A stretch of DNA of 64,000 nt from Heteronotia binoei (lineage: Eukaryota): assembly GCF_032191835.1 (NCBI RefSeq), contig NC_083230.1, positions 32,364,001 through 32,428,000 of the forward strand, read 5' to 3'. The notes below the pieces were generated by a model. It saw only the letters and a list, made by a program, of their open reading frames with translations, was not told the DNA's origin and ran no database searches. The translations under genes were made by a program, and so were the position numbers. Shown here piece by piece: positions 48,222 to 60,847 of this stretch (position 1 is the first letter of the stretch; each line of letters starts with the position of its first letter).

Positions 48222-51200
48222 ATGGCTTCATTAGTTTTTATTAATGTCAATTGACTCAATTATGCCATAAAAAGAAGAAAGACCTTCAAATATTTAGCTA
48301 AATTGGAGTCTGATATAATCTGTTTACAAGAAACCCACAAGTTGGCAAAGGATCAGTACCTTTTAGAAAATAAAATATTTGGTAATGTATTTGTGGCAGC
48401 AGATTCATGTAAAAAGAAAAGGGGTTTGGTAATATATGTAAAGGATAGATTTAATCTGCAATTTCGATTTGCCTCAAAAGATGGAAGAATGTTGCTAGTG
48501 AAAATTACAATAGAAAGCAAAAAAATCCTATTGGCAAATATCTACACACTGAATGACCATCAAGATTTTTTTTAAAGGATCTGCATTACAAGTTGGTGAA
48601 TTTGGGATATTCGGAATGCTGCTTAATAGGAGATTTTAATGCAGTATTTGACAGACAATTGGATAGAAAAACACACAAGCATACCAAATCTAAGGATTTC
48701 AATTCCCAACAAGCTTTTTGAAATTAGCTGAAGAATTAGATCTAATTGATGAATGGCGAACAAGATATCTAAGTTCAAGAGACTTTATGTATTATTCAGC
48801 CAGTCATCAAACTTGGTCAAGAATTGACATGTGCTGGCTTTCTACAGATTTGGTTAAAGACTTATTGGAGGTTGAAATTCAACCAAGAGTGATATCAGAT
48901 CACAACCCAGTATTTATCAAGTTTAATGGTCCCCAACTTAGAAGGGCTTGGAGACTAAACACGCAAATTTTAAAAGACAAAAACTTTCTTCAAGATACTA
49001 AAGTGGAAATGGAATCTTTTTTTAAACAGAATGTAACCCAAGATGTGAAGATGCAAGTGGTATGGGACATGGCTAAAGCATACTTAGTGATCAGATTTAA
49101 TGCCAAGAAGAAGAAAGAAAAATCAGAGAATTTTCAAAGATTAATGACACAAGCAGAAAAAGAGGAAAAGAATTTAAAGGCTCAGCCTACAAATCAAGAG
49201 ATTCAAGATAGGATTGAAAATACAACATCAACTTAACCTATTGCTGGTGGAAGAAGTTGAGAAAAAGTTAAGATTTGCTAAACAAAACTATTTTGAACTT
49301 GCTAATAAACCTGGAAGATGGCTGGCATACAAATTGAGAAAAGAAAGTGCTAAAAGAATAATAACAGAGCTGAGGGATGAAAATAACCAAGAGAAATTTC
49401 AAAGAGGAGAGATAGGCCAGATTGTGGAGCAATTTTATAACAAATTCTATGAAACCAAGCAATTTAGAGGAGTTGGAAGAGTACCTTAAAAAGCACAATT
49501 TGAACAAATTTACAGAAGAACAATGGAAAATTTTGAATGAACCAATAACAATAAGAGAGCTGGGGGAGGCCGTAGCGGCTCAAAAGAATGCTAAATCTTC
49601 TGGACCAGACTGTCTACCTGTGGAGTTTTACAAAGCCTTTGAAGACTATCTATTGATTCCATTCAAACATCTGATAGAAGTGGTTCAAAAAGAAGCGGAA
49701 ATTCCAAAATCATGGCAAGAAGCAACAATATCTTTAATTCCGAAAGGGTGCTGATTTGAAAGATATTAAAAATTTTAGACTAACTTTGCTGTTAAATGTG
49801 GATTATAAAATTTTTGCTTCTATTCTTGCTCAACATTTTAAAAAGGTTTTGTCAGCTATTATACACCAAAACCAGGCAGGATTTTTACCTAGAAGATATT
49901 TGAAAGACAATGTAAGAACAATAAGTAGCCTAATTGAATATTATGAGACTCATCCAGAGAAACAAGCTGTACTAATAACTTTGGATGCAGAGAAGGCCTT
50001 TGATAATGTCTGTTGGCAATTTATGATACAACAACCGAAGGGAATGGAATGTGGTGAGAATTTTTTAAGGGCAATTCAGTCAATATATTCCTTGCAAACT
50101 GCAAAGGTGAGAGTTAATGGAGAGTTATCAGAACCAATTTCTATCCAGAAAGGTACTAGGCAAGGCTGTCCATTATCACCCCTTCTTTTTATTTTAAGTT
50201 TGGAGATACTGAACAATCAGATTAGAGAAGATCCAAATATCAAGGGGGCTTTGATTAAGGGCTTTGAACAATTTAAATTGAGGGCGTTTGCAGATGATTT
50301 GGTTTTTATACTGGAACACCCATTAGAATCAATTGAACACCTGATGGACAAAATCAGTCAATTCGGTGTTTGGGCAGGCCTGAAGATAAACTATAATAAA
50401 ACAAAAATTTTGGCTAAAAATATGACAACAGAATTAATTCAGCTCTTCCAGCAAAAAGCAGGTTTTTCTCACGAGAAAAAAAGTGAAATTTTTGGGCATT
50501 TATATTTCTATCAAGTGTAGTAACTTGAAGATGGACAATTATGACAAACTTTATACAGAGATTAAAAAGGACTTGGAAAAATGGCAGGACCTGAATATTT
50601 CATTGATGGGAAGAATAGCTTAGATAAAAATGAATATTTTACCAAGATTGTTATTTCTATTCCAAACCATACCGGTGCTTGTAACTAATGTGTTTTTTCA
50701 GGAACTGAATAAACTGATCTCTGGCTTTATTTGGAAAAAGAAAAAAATAAGAATTAAATTAAAAATACTACAAGATGCGAAAACAAGAGCGGGTTTGGCT
50801 CTTCCAGATTGGCAATTATACTACAGATCTTCAGTGTTATTGTGGGTAAAAGACTGGGTGTTATTGAATGACAAAAGACAATTATCGTTAGAGGGACATG
50901 ATCTCACCATGGGTTGGCATGAGTACTTGTGGTATAAAAGACTAGAAGGTCATTCTTATTTCAAAAATCATAGGTTTAGGAAATCTTTATACCATACTTG
51001 GTCATGGTTGAAACCTAGAATATATCAGCAAATTCCAAGATGGGTTTCTCCAGTGGAAGTGTTTACTCCCCAAATCTTATAAAATCAAATCAGCTATTCA
51101 AATATGAAGAGTTGTTGAAAAAGGATAATCATCTGAAATCGAAAGAAGAATTAGAAGATATTGGCATCAGTATGACTTGATGGATGAGACTACAAATTGA

Positions 51201-51906
51201 ATCTAGATATGATAAGGATAAGACAACGGGCTTCAATACAGAACATTATGCATTTGATAAAAAAATTTTGGGCTCTCAAAAGAAACTAATTTTGAAATTA
51301 TATGCATATTTACTGCAGATGAAAATGCAAGATGAAACTGTGAAGGACTGTATGGTCCAGTGGGCTAAGAATGTGGGTCGTAACATTATGTTAGATGAGT
51401 GGGAAATGTTATGGAAATCTAACATTAAAATGACCAGGTCGGTAGCTTTCAAAGAAAATTTGTATAAGATGTTCTACAGGTGGTATGTAACCCCCCAGAA
51501 ACTTTCAAAAATGTATCCTAATATGTCAAATGTGTAAAACATGTGGGGTCGTTCTATCAAATGTGGTGGATGTGAGGTGGTGAAAGACTATTGGCAAATG
51601 GTTCATGAACTATTACAGAAAATTTTGAAGACACAGATCCAATTTAAACCAGAACTTTTTCTATTGAACATTCTCCCCAGTACGTACACAAAAGAGATGA
51701 GACATTTAATAGTTCATTTTAACACAGCAGCTAGAATACTTTTGGCACAAAAGTGAAAACTCCAAGAAATTCCCACTACACTGGACCTGATGGGAAAAAT
51801 CTTGGATGTGGCGGAAACAGACTATTTATCCCTGCTGTTGGTGGGGAAATCGAAGGAAGATGCAAGAAAATTCTGGGAGAAGTTATATATCTGGTTAGAC
51901 ATGTAA
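48222..51906 (+). pseudogene. L1 ORF2p remnant (APE, RT, C-terminal Cys-rich region)
   Basis: DIICLQETH, GDFN, WSRIDMCW, ISDHNPV (APE); KSSGPDCLP, LLNVDYKIFA, TLDAEKAFDNV, GTRQGCPLSPLLF, RAFADDLV (RT). Many stops and frameshifts. Confidence 0.95.
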
Positions 51907-54351
51907 GACATTGCGGTGTGAATTTATATTCTTATTCTAGCTCCTAAGATATTTACTAATTGTAGAAAGGTAATACTATTCAGTTAGACAGTTATTTCTA
52001 GAAATGACTTACAATCTGTATAAGACTTTATATAGACCATGAAGACAAAGTGTAAGATTGAGAAAAATATTTCATTGTTATTTTATATAGAAGATTTACT
52101 ATCATGCAGACTGTACTATAACCGTATTGCTAAGTTTGATTCTTTATTTCTTAATCCCTTTACCCTTTTTCCCTTTTACTTTGGAAAAATAAAAACTTTA
52201 AATCCAAAAGTTTGACAAATTGTAAATTAATAAAGTTAAAGTATTTAATATTATTTAAATATATATTTCTATGTAGAGTTTAATTTCTGTTAATATTGTT
52301 TTTCCTTCTTAATAAAGTTCATTGATAACAAAATGGTCACTTCTTGTTGCATGTGAATATGACTTATTTTAATCCTAATATAACAACAAAATATTATTAA
52401 TGGTTATCCACAATTATAAACATCTATGGTGCTTTACATATTTTACCATGTGAGCTTCTTTCAGTATGGGCTTTTTTCCATGTGGGCTTCTTTCCATGTG
52501 GACATGTTTCCATGGGTGCTTTTTTCCTGTGAGCATTTATGTCAGTGGGATTTTTCCGATTACTGTTTATACTGCCTTTCTGATCAACAATACATGATGT
52601 AAATTAGTGCATTCTTCTTGATGTTTAAACATAACTAATCCACCATGTCAAAATTCAACCCCTTCTGGAATTTAAGTGCGGGGGGAGCATACATCGATTT
52701 AAATACTGATCTGGTGCTAGTGGCTGCAAATGTGCATACATAACTACAGCATACATTAAAAGACTGCTTACTTGCACAGATTTCTTCTGACTGATTGGGC
52801 TGATTGACTTCACTAACACCATCAGGTCCATAAACACTGCCTCTTATCCTGAGCTCTGAATGTAACATGTGTATTTTCCATAACCAGATATAGGAAGGAA
52901 AGTTTTGAGTGTTCAGAGTCCATTCTCTTTTATTAGATGACATAAAGAATGATCAACAATGCTTTCCACACCAGCTCAGCTTTAGCACATGTATTAAAAA
53001 CAAGTTCTCACTTTAAAGGCAATGGGACTGATTTCTAGATGATGGCTGGGATCCAACCCTCTGAATGCACAATGTTTCACTCATGCACGTGGATTTTCTA
53101 TAGTCTGTTTCTGGCTCTGGAAAAGAAGGAGGAAAGTCCTGTTTACATGGAGCTTTGATATTTAACTATAAAACAAAATTGTGTGAAAGCAGCTGTCTTC
53201 CGTTCAAGGAGTTGAAGGAATTGGAGAATTTTATTGGGACTGTACGAACAACTACAAAAATCAAATTCTGAAATTTTAGCATCACTGATTTTTCAGGATT
53301 AATCCACACAGTACACAAAAATAGAATGCTATAAAGGTATGTATTTCAAAGGTGGAGTTCAATGATTGTTTAGGCCCAAATACCTAGCATTGCAGTTGTC
53401 TGGAAGGGTTAGCCTGAGTGGTGGTGTACATCTGTTGTGTGTATAAACATGAACTGCTAGAGTGAAATTTGCCTTTACTGACTGTTTGTACTGGAAGAAT
53501 TGTAAGATCATAAAGAAAACAGTGCAATGAGAAAAGGGCTGATACAAAGGAAGTGAGGACGAAAATGGCAACCAAAGACCGCCTGTCCCGAGAGATGCAA
53601 TATACTACTTGACCTTTATTCTCTAGATTTGATTTGTTCTATATGCAGCAGGTAATATTTTGACTTAGTGTTTATGAATAGGGATACCACTGAAAGTTCA
53701 TAATTTTGACCTCAAAACCTGTTGGATAGCTAGCATGCTAAAATATTGTCACTGAATATAAAGTATTTTCCCAGTTCAGTTATATGAACTCCCTGCATAT
53801 TTCCAATGTAGTTAATTTAGCAGTTGGACAAAGGTCATGAAATGTTCAATTTTCATATTAAAAGAGGTCATGTTTTGTAGAAACACTTGTTCTTTACTCT
53901 GGGGGGATGAATCAGAAAGGGGCTTGTGGGCTGCTTTGAACACTACAGAAAACAGAGGAGGAAGAAAGATAACCTGGAATTCTTTTAAGGGAATCAAAAA
54001 AGCTGCAAAAGTGTCAGATGCCTTGTAGATTACTAAGGATTAAACAGAACAACCAAAGAGGGTTAATGGGACTGCAGAGAAGCCAAAATATCCCTGAAGT
54101 GATCCTTTGGTCTAGATATAAAGTGAGCTTTGCCTGGTGGAAGTGAGATTGGAAGGCCATGCCAAATAGGGGTATAATTGGTAGTGCACTTTCTCAATCA
54201 AGCTTAAGACCTTTCGACAGCATCAGAAAAATGCATGAAAATAAGAAACAAAATTCACAGCGGCAGGTAATTACGGATCTTGTGGAATCATAGTGCTGGA
54301 AATGCAGATGCTATTCAAGTTGTAATGGTACCACTTTTTGTGAAAAGATGA

Positions 54352-54386
54352 TGTGCGCGCGCACTCACACACACACACACACACAT
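54352..54386. repeat. (GC)n(CA)n microsatellite
   Basis: TGTGCGCGCGCACTCACACACACACACACACA. Confidence 0.85.
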
Positions 54387-54760
54387 GTGAAGAGAAGCCC
54401 TAAGTTATGGATTCACAGGAGTTACTGGAACAGTGTATGTTTGATAAGAAAGGCAAAGTTGTCATGCTGAGACTAGAAATACGCATTATAGAGAAAGAAT
54501 ACGTTTGCCAAACTAGTGCTGATAGAAAATGTTCCAATTTTGAGGCATTATCCACAGTTCTGTGTGGACCTGGGGCATGCACAGAGGTTCAGAAACACAA
54601 GCCATGCTTTTCTTTTCAGTTCTGAGCTATAATGCTCCAAATATGTAACAGAAACCCAAGGAGTCCCAAAATCCTGTAATTTGTTGGCTACTGTTCTGTC
54701 AGTGTCAATGTCTTTATGTATCACAGTTATTAACCAGCATAGAGCCAGCTAGATATTATA

Positions 54761-55370
54761 TAGAATCATAGAGAGGGAAGGGACCTCTAGTCCAATCCCC
54801 TGCACAATGCAGGAAACTCACAAACACCTCCCCCTAAATTCACAGAATCTTCATTGCTGTCAGATGGCCATCTAGCCTCTGTTTAAAAACCTCCAAGGAA
54901 GGAGAGCCCACCACCTCCCAAGGAAGCCTCTTCCATTGAGGAATCACTTTAATTGTCAGGAAGTTCTTCCTAATGTTGAGCCGGAAACTTTTTTGATTTA
55001 ATTTCAACCCATTGGTTCTGGTCCTACCTTCAGGGGCCACAGAAAACAATTCCACACCATCCTCTAGATGACAGCCCTTCAAGTACTTGAAGATGGTGAT
55101 CATATCACCTCTCAGCTGCCTCTTTTCCAGGCTAAACATCCCCAGCTCCTTCAACCTTTCCTCATAGGACTTGGTCTGCAGACCCCTCACCATCTTCTTT
55201 GCCCTCCTCTGGACCCGTTCTAGCTTGTCTATATCCTTCTTAAAATGTGATGCCCAAAATTGCACAATACTCCAGGTGAGGTCTTATCAGAGCAGAGTAA
55301 AGCGATACCATCACATCATGTGATCTGGACACTATACTTCTGTTGATACAGCCCCAAATTGCATTTGCCT
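54761..55370 (-). mobile_element. CR1 LINE 3' portion (~600 bp)
   Basis: Minus-strand ORF QFWASHFKKDIDKLERVQRRAKKMVRGL..ERLKELGMFSLEKRQLRGDMI..WKRLPWEVVGSPSLEVFKQRLD, and tail ATGATTCTA. Confidence 0.95.
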
Positions 55371-56490
55371 TTTTTTTTTTACTTTGGCAATATCATTACA
55401 TCTCTTTTTGCCAGTTTCAGATCTTTTCTATAATAGTTAAACTGGAGCAGTTTGGGGAGTAGACTCTACACCAGTAAGCGAATGCCAGCACCCCCACCCC
55501 CACCCCATCCTCCTGCTTCAGTTGCGGTGCCCCTCACTGTGGGCAGGATGCTAATAGGAGAGAGAGAGAGAGAAGGAAAGATGACTGCTGATAGCCCACA
55601 GCCATAGACTCTGCACCAGTGCAGGCAGAGGCATGACACAAACACGTGGGGAAGAAACGACTGCTAATGTCCTCGGTTGTCCTGATCTCCAATGGAAAAG
55701 GAGATATGATTAACAACCTTCAGCTGTCTGAAGTGGCCAGAATATCAACTGCTGTGGTGTCCTACAAATGTGCACCAATATCTCCTTCTCAAGCCACAAT
55801 CTTTGATCGCCGCTGCAATGGCCCCAGCACTGGGTACAGTGGTATGGATCGCTGTGGTTGGAAACTGTTCTGCAATAGATATTGTCACTATTCCATCAGT
55901 TTAAACCTTCCCCCCCCCACCTTCACTGGAGCTGTTTAGGAGCCCCTGGACTTTCTTACCCCCACTAGTGATTTAACAGCAGGGAGTTAGTGACTAGGAC
56001 GAGACTGAAATTGAAGATCAGGGCAATCAATTCCAACAGCCCCTACAGTCACAACGAATATGGTGAAAGGAGAGAGGACCTACAAGGAACTCTCCTATCA
56101 TCCTTTGAGTGGCCAGAGAGACAGCAAGAAGGACGACTTGCCTGGCATACCCCAGCTGTTGGAATTGCCATTGGGAACCCTAGGGAGAACTTGGTCCTGC
56201 CTGGCAACCTCTGTGCAAGCATATATTTCCGGATGACCACTTACAGCACTGGTTGGGCTTGGACTACCCCCCTGGGGGAGCTGGGGGGGGGATTTAGCTG
56301 GAAGGAAGGGGACTGGAGACCCCCGCTGCAGTCCAGCATTATAATGTAGCAGGCTGCCTGGACTGCTCTTCCCAAAGGCCAAGAGTAGATCATACCATCT
56401 GTTGGGGCGGTTATGACCTTTTCTTCTTTTAAACTGCCTTGTTTATTACGGTTAGCCAATTGGACAATACTGAGGGAGTTCTTTCCCACC

Positions 56491-56989
56491 TAGGGTTGCC
56501 AGACTCCAGGTGGGGGATCCCCCAGTTTGGAGGCCTTCCCCCCCGCTTCAGGATAATCAGAAACAGCCGGGGGGGGGGGAGAATGTCTGCTGGGCACTCC
56601 ATTATTCCCTATGGGAACTGATTCCCATAGGGTAGAATGGAGAATTGATCCATGGTTATGTGGGGCTCGGGGGGGGCTTTTTTTAGGTAGAAGCACCAAA
56701 TTTGCAACATAGCATCCAGTTCCTCTCCCCTAAATACTCTGAGTTTCAAAAGGATTGGACCAGGGGGCCCAATTTTATGAGCCCCCAAAGAAGTTGTCCC
56801 ATCCTTCATTATTTCCAGTGGAGGGAAGGCATTTAAAAGGTGTGCAGTTCCTTTAAATGTGATGACCAGAACTCCCTTTGGAGTTCAATTATGCTTGCAT
56901 ACACCCTTGCTCCTGGCTCCAGCCCCAAAGTCTCCTGGCTCCACCCCCAAAGTCCCCAGGTGTTTCTTGAATTGGACTTGGCAACCCTA
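56491..56989. mobile_element. Complete hAT MITE (TAGGGTTGCCA TIR, Blackjack-like)
   Basis: 11-bp TIRs TAGGGTTGCCA and TGGCAACCCTA. Perfect 8-bp TSD TTCCCACC (56483-56490 and 56990-56997). Confidence 0.92.
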
Positions 56990-57109
56990 TTCCCACCCAT
57001 CATTTAAACTTTTTAGTCTTGTTAGTGGGAGGGGAAGCTAGTGAAAAGAGAGGTTTGGGTGGTGATATTAGGGGGATTTTATTATTGTCTAATAGACTGA
57101 ATTATTGTT

Positions 57110-58500
57110 AACTAATGATTGTATTTTGCGAAAAATACTGTGGGCTTATTCTGCTGTACTTCAGATGCTGGTGGTAGGTGGAAGGTGAAAGAGAGGAGGG
57201 GATGGATTCTTCTGGCTCAAATGGATGGAGATACGTAGGTTCTAGGTTGTGAAGAGCTTTAAAGGTTAATACCAGCACCTGGAATTGAACACAGAAGCAA
57301 ATCAACAGCCAGCACAATGATTTCAAGCTCAGGGTAATATACATAAAGCATTTTACAGCTGTTATTAATTTTGCCACTGCATTCTGGATCAGTTGAAGTT
57401 TCTTGTCTTCAAGGTTAGTCTTGCATACAGCTTGTTAAAATAGTGCAGTCTTGAGGTTCTTGTAGCATGAATTAGTGTGACTGTGTTGACATAGCCTAAA
57501 AAGAGGAAACACTTTCTGTTCCAAATACAACTCAAAAAAGGGATTCTGGGCCACTTGATTATCTGCTTTTCTCATTGGGTGGTAATAAGATTCTTAAGCT
57601 CTTACCTGAGTGTGTTAAAAATAGACTTCACTGCCTAAGGAAGAACTCAGCCTTCCCAGCCAGCACCACACTGCCCTCTCAGGATTAAACTTCAGCGTGT
57701 TCTGCCATAGTCACTTGACCATGCAGAGACAGCTGCTTTTGAGGGCTTATTCTAAGTGATAGGTATCAGGTTACTATCAGCATATTGATGCCAACCCATT
57801 CCAACAATCTGGATGATCCCAGTCAATGGTGTAATATGAGTCTTGCACAATACAGCAATAATACTGTCTTAATGTGGGACTCCACATGAGATCTCCCAAG
57901 CCACAGACTCAGAACCAGCAACAAATATGGAGGTCTCCCTTTCTCACAATACAAGAACTCGTGGGCATTCCATGAAATTGCTGAGCACATAGGTTAAAAC
58001 GGATAAAAGGAAGTACTTCTTCACCCAAAGGGTGATTAACATGTGGAATTCACTGCCACAGGAGGTGGTGGCGGCTACAAGCATAGCCATCTTCAAGAGG
58101 GGTTTAGATAAAAATATGGAGCACAGGTCCATCAGTGGCTATTAGCCACAGTGTGTGTGTATATATAAAATTTTTTGCCACTGTGTGACAGAGAGTGTTG
58201 GACTTGATGGGCCGTTGGCCTGATCCAACATGGCTTCTCTTATGTTCTTATGTAAATACTTTCTGCCTCTTCTTTGGGTTTCAGTATCATGTCTCTAATT
58301 CCAACACCATATTCCAAGCATCTCAGCAAAACTGCATGGACAGCTGTGTCAAAAGTAGTTGACAGATCAAACAGAACTAACAAGGAAGCATTGTCCTTAT
58401 CAACAGGAAGTTGAAAACCATCCAACAGAGCAACCAAATTTGTTTCTGTGCAAGAGGGTGACCTGAAGCTAGAATGAAAATGATCAAGGGGACATGACCC
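57110..58500 (-). mobile_element. Old L2 remnant interrupted by a CR1 insertion
   Basis: Minus-strand fragments VQFQVLVLTFKALHNLEPTYL (about 57230-57300) and SLLVLFDLSTTFDTAVHAVLL (about 58330-58400). Confidence 0.7.
57941..58252 (+). mobile_element. CR1 LINE 3' end (second subfamily)
   Basis: ..DKRKYFFTQRVINMWNSLPQEVVAATSIAIFKRGLDKNM and tail GCCTGATCCAACATGGCTTCTCTTATGTTCTTATG. Confidence 0.9.
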
Positions 58501-58665
58501 AACCAGAATATTCTGGAGTTGTTCCACTATCCCACATGTTCAATTACACACGTGTGATCCCAGACCTTAATGACTGGCAGTTAACAGTGAGCTGCACCCA
58601 CTGTAAAACATTTTGTTTGAACTTACATGGAAGTTTTGGTTATAGTGTTGTGACTGTAATAGCCA

Positions 58666-58695
58666 CTCTCTCTCTCTCTTTCTCTCTCTCTCTCA

Positions 58696-58727
<32 letters not shown>
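58666..58727. repeat. Compound (CT)n(CA)n microsatellite
   Basis: Directly visible. Confidence 0.9.
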
Positions 58728-58730
<3 letters not shown>

Positions 58731-60847
58731 ACCAAACAAAGAGAAATCATAACTAGATGTTACTATAAAGTGATAAACTACTAGGTGTGAACCAGCCATA
58801 CTTCATAAGTAATAAATGCTGACCATTTTTCTGTCTCTAAGCTTCTAGTAACTCCTGCAATGCCGGCCTATCTGCACTGCTTGCGTTTTGGCCTTCAACT
58901 AAGAGATTTAAAGTTTCAGAGTAGCACAATATGTTTCAGTTTTTTTGAATTTTTTTGGTCATTTGCAGTTCAGACTTAACTATAGCAGTTAAAATTCAAG
59001 CAATTAGTATCTGAAGTAGAGTGCACATACATTTGTGTATGTGTGTATTGCCCAAGGGTTCAAGAATTATTAATCTGTCTCTACAAACATATCCAATTGT
59101 TGAGAATTCAAAAGAGGATAGCATAAAGTTTTCAACAAAGCAGCCATGCATTTTGTTTCTATATAGCTCTCCAAACCCCCCAAAGGATCCTGCAAACTTC
59201 CACAATCCATACTATGGGGATATGACACTTCTCAGCATTAGACAGCTGCAGGCACTCTTATCTCTGGAGTGATCTTTTTGTTAAGAGGAAATAGAAAGAA
59301 TTGTGAAAGTGTAACAAATGGGGGTTAGAATATTATAAAAAAAGAAACATCAGCCGTTCGATCAAAGGCATGTAACATTTAAACAACTAAAGAGGAAATG
59401 ATAAAGGGCTGCAATGGCTGCTGAGTGCAATAGCATATAAGGCTAGAAAGATCAGGGAGCTGATGAGCAGGAAGCAAAATACAAGAGTCTGTATCTGAAA
59501 CATGAAGTGAAGCAATATAAAATGAATATGGAGGAGAACAGAAAAATGTGTGTTTTGAGGAATGGATTGATGGCGGGGAAGAATGTTGCTAGAACTGAGC
59601 AGGATCTGCTACTGGAAAGAAAATATTTTTCCTCCATCCAAAAAAACATTTAGTATTTGTAGCCACAGTATATGTTAGTCCTACAGAGAATGTGTAAACT
59701 ATCTCTCTCTTCCCACTCCACCCACCAGGAAAAAGCTCACAATAACTTATTTAACATAGATAATAATATTGGAGAAAATATTAGAGATATACGTGCAACA
59801 AGGTTAAATGCTACTTTCTTTTTTGCTCAATTTACTTGTCCGTTTGAAATGTCAGGGAGGCCCTCTTAAAACTTGAAATATTCTCTCAGATAGACCAAGC
59901 CATTTGAATTGGATTATATAAAAGATTCAGAGCAAATTTCAGCACTGTCTGAACTAAGTAGCCATCTTCCAGCTTAAACCAAAGCCACTTTTTAAAAAAG
60001 CAAACAGCACTCACTGAACTCTTTTCTGAGCATTTTTATGTCTATTTTTCAGAACAACTGCAGCCTGCACTAATACATTATAATAAGAAGATTGAATAGG
60101 GCTGATGTCTGAGGTGTTTTACAAAATGCTGTAGTACTTGCATCATTATTGATGCAATTAAATGATTCTCAATCATTCTCCTCAAGCTTGGTTTGGCTCT
60201 AAGTGTTTGATTTATTTTATAATATTTGGCACTAAATCTCACCCAGTGAATAAGGAAGTTGTATCACAGAGACTTCTTACAACAGACCGAGTTTCCCAAG
60301 TAAAAATGCAACTGTGTTATCCTCAGATGGGACACAAAGAGTATTGCAAAAAACTTCAAAGATGGGGATGGGTGTGGAGGGGGAGACCGGGATGTTGTGA
60401 AGTTAAAAATACAAGAAAATGAAAGAGATTGAAAGTGGAATGATAGGTGACCTACTGAAAGTGGTGTGAAGGCGAACAGTAGGGGACTGGGATGATCAGA
60501 TGTGGAAACAACCTGACAATGGGCTACCTTCAAATTGAATTACCTCAAAGAGACCTTCCAGCAGAATAATCACACATGCCTTTGGGATTCAAGTTTAAAG
60601 AATAAAAAAGTTTTAAAACAAAAAAAAAGTCTGATGTTTATGCAGATTAAACTGCAAGGGATAAAAAAAGAGAGATCCAGGTTGGGCAAAGGTTGGAAAG
60701 GTAACGGGGGGGGGGGGGGTAGGGGTCGGGGAAAATAGCAGAATGCAAAAAAGGGAGACTGATGCCATACTGAATTAGAACTACTTTTAAAAAAATAGTG
60801 TACAGTTGAAGGAGGCAAAACTGACTCAAGCCACATATACTTCTATG

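Larger units (their letters stand above)
45687..52205 (+). mobile_element. Full-length L1 LINE (~6.5 kb), decayed, antisense to FOXP2
   Basis: 18-bp TSD AAAAGTTTGACAAATTGT (45669-45686 and 52206-52223). Begins GGAACTTCCG. ORF1 and ORF2 remnants. AATAAA near the 3' end. Confidence 0.95.
44449..52561 (+). mobile_element. Mutator-like element (Phantom-type MULE), internal-deletion derivative hosting a hAT MITE and a full-length L1
   Basis: Inverted terminal regions 44449-44637 and 52407-52561, built of ~16-bp GGAAAAAAGCCCACAT-like units. Flanking 10-bp direct repeat ACTGTTTATA (44438-44447 and 52562-52571). Transposase remnants at 45100-45560. Confidence 0.8.

Noticed and set aside
52635-52943. 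102-codon minus-strand ORF in unique sequence
   Set aside because: No resemblance to FOXP2 exons or any family I recognise, and no convincing splice context.
55540-56350. GC-balanced stretch with 97- and 119-codon ORFs
   Set aside because: No recognisable motifs. It could be an old repeat, and I cannot support a call.
59410-59640. Purine-rich plus-strand frame resembling a coiled coil (..EQEAKYKSLYLKHEVKQYKMNMEENRK..)
   Set aside because: Short, flanked by stops and without a diagnostic motif. At most a decayed retroelement ORF1 fragment.
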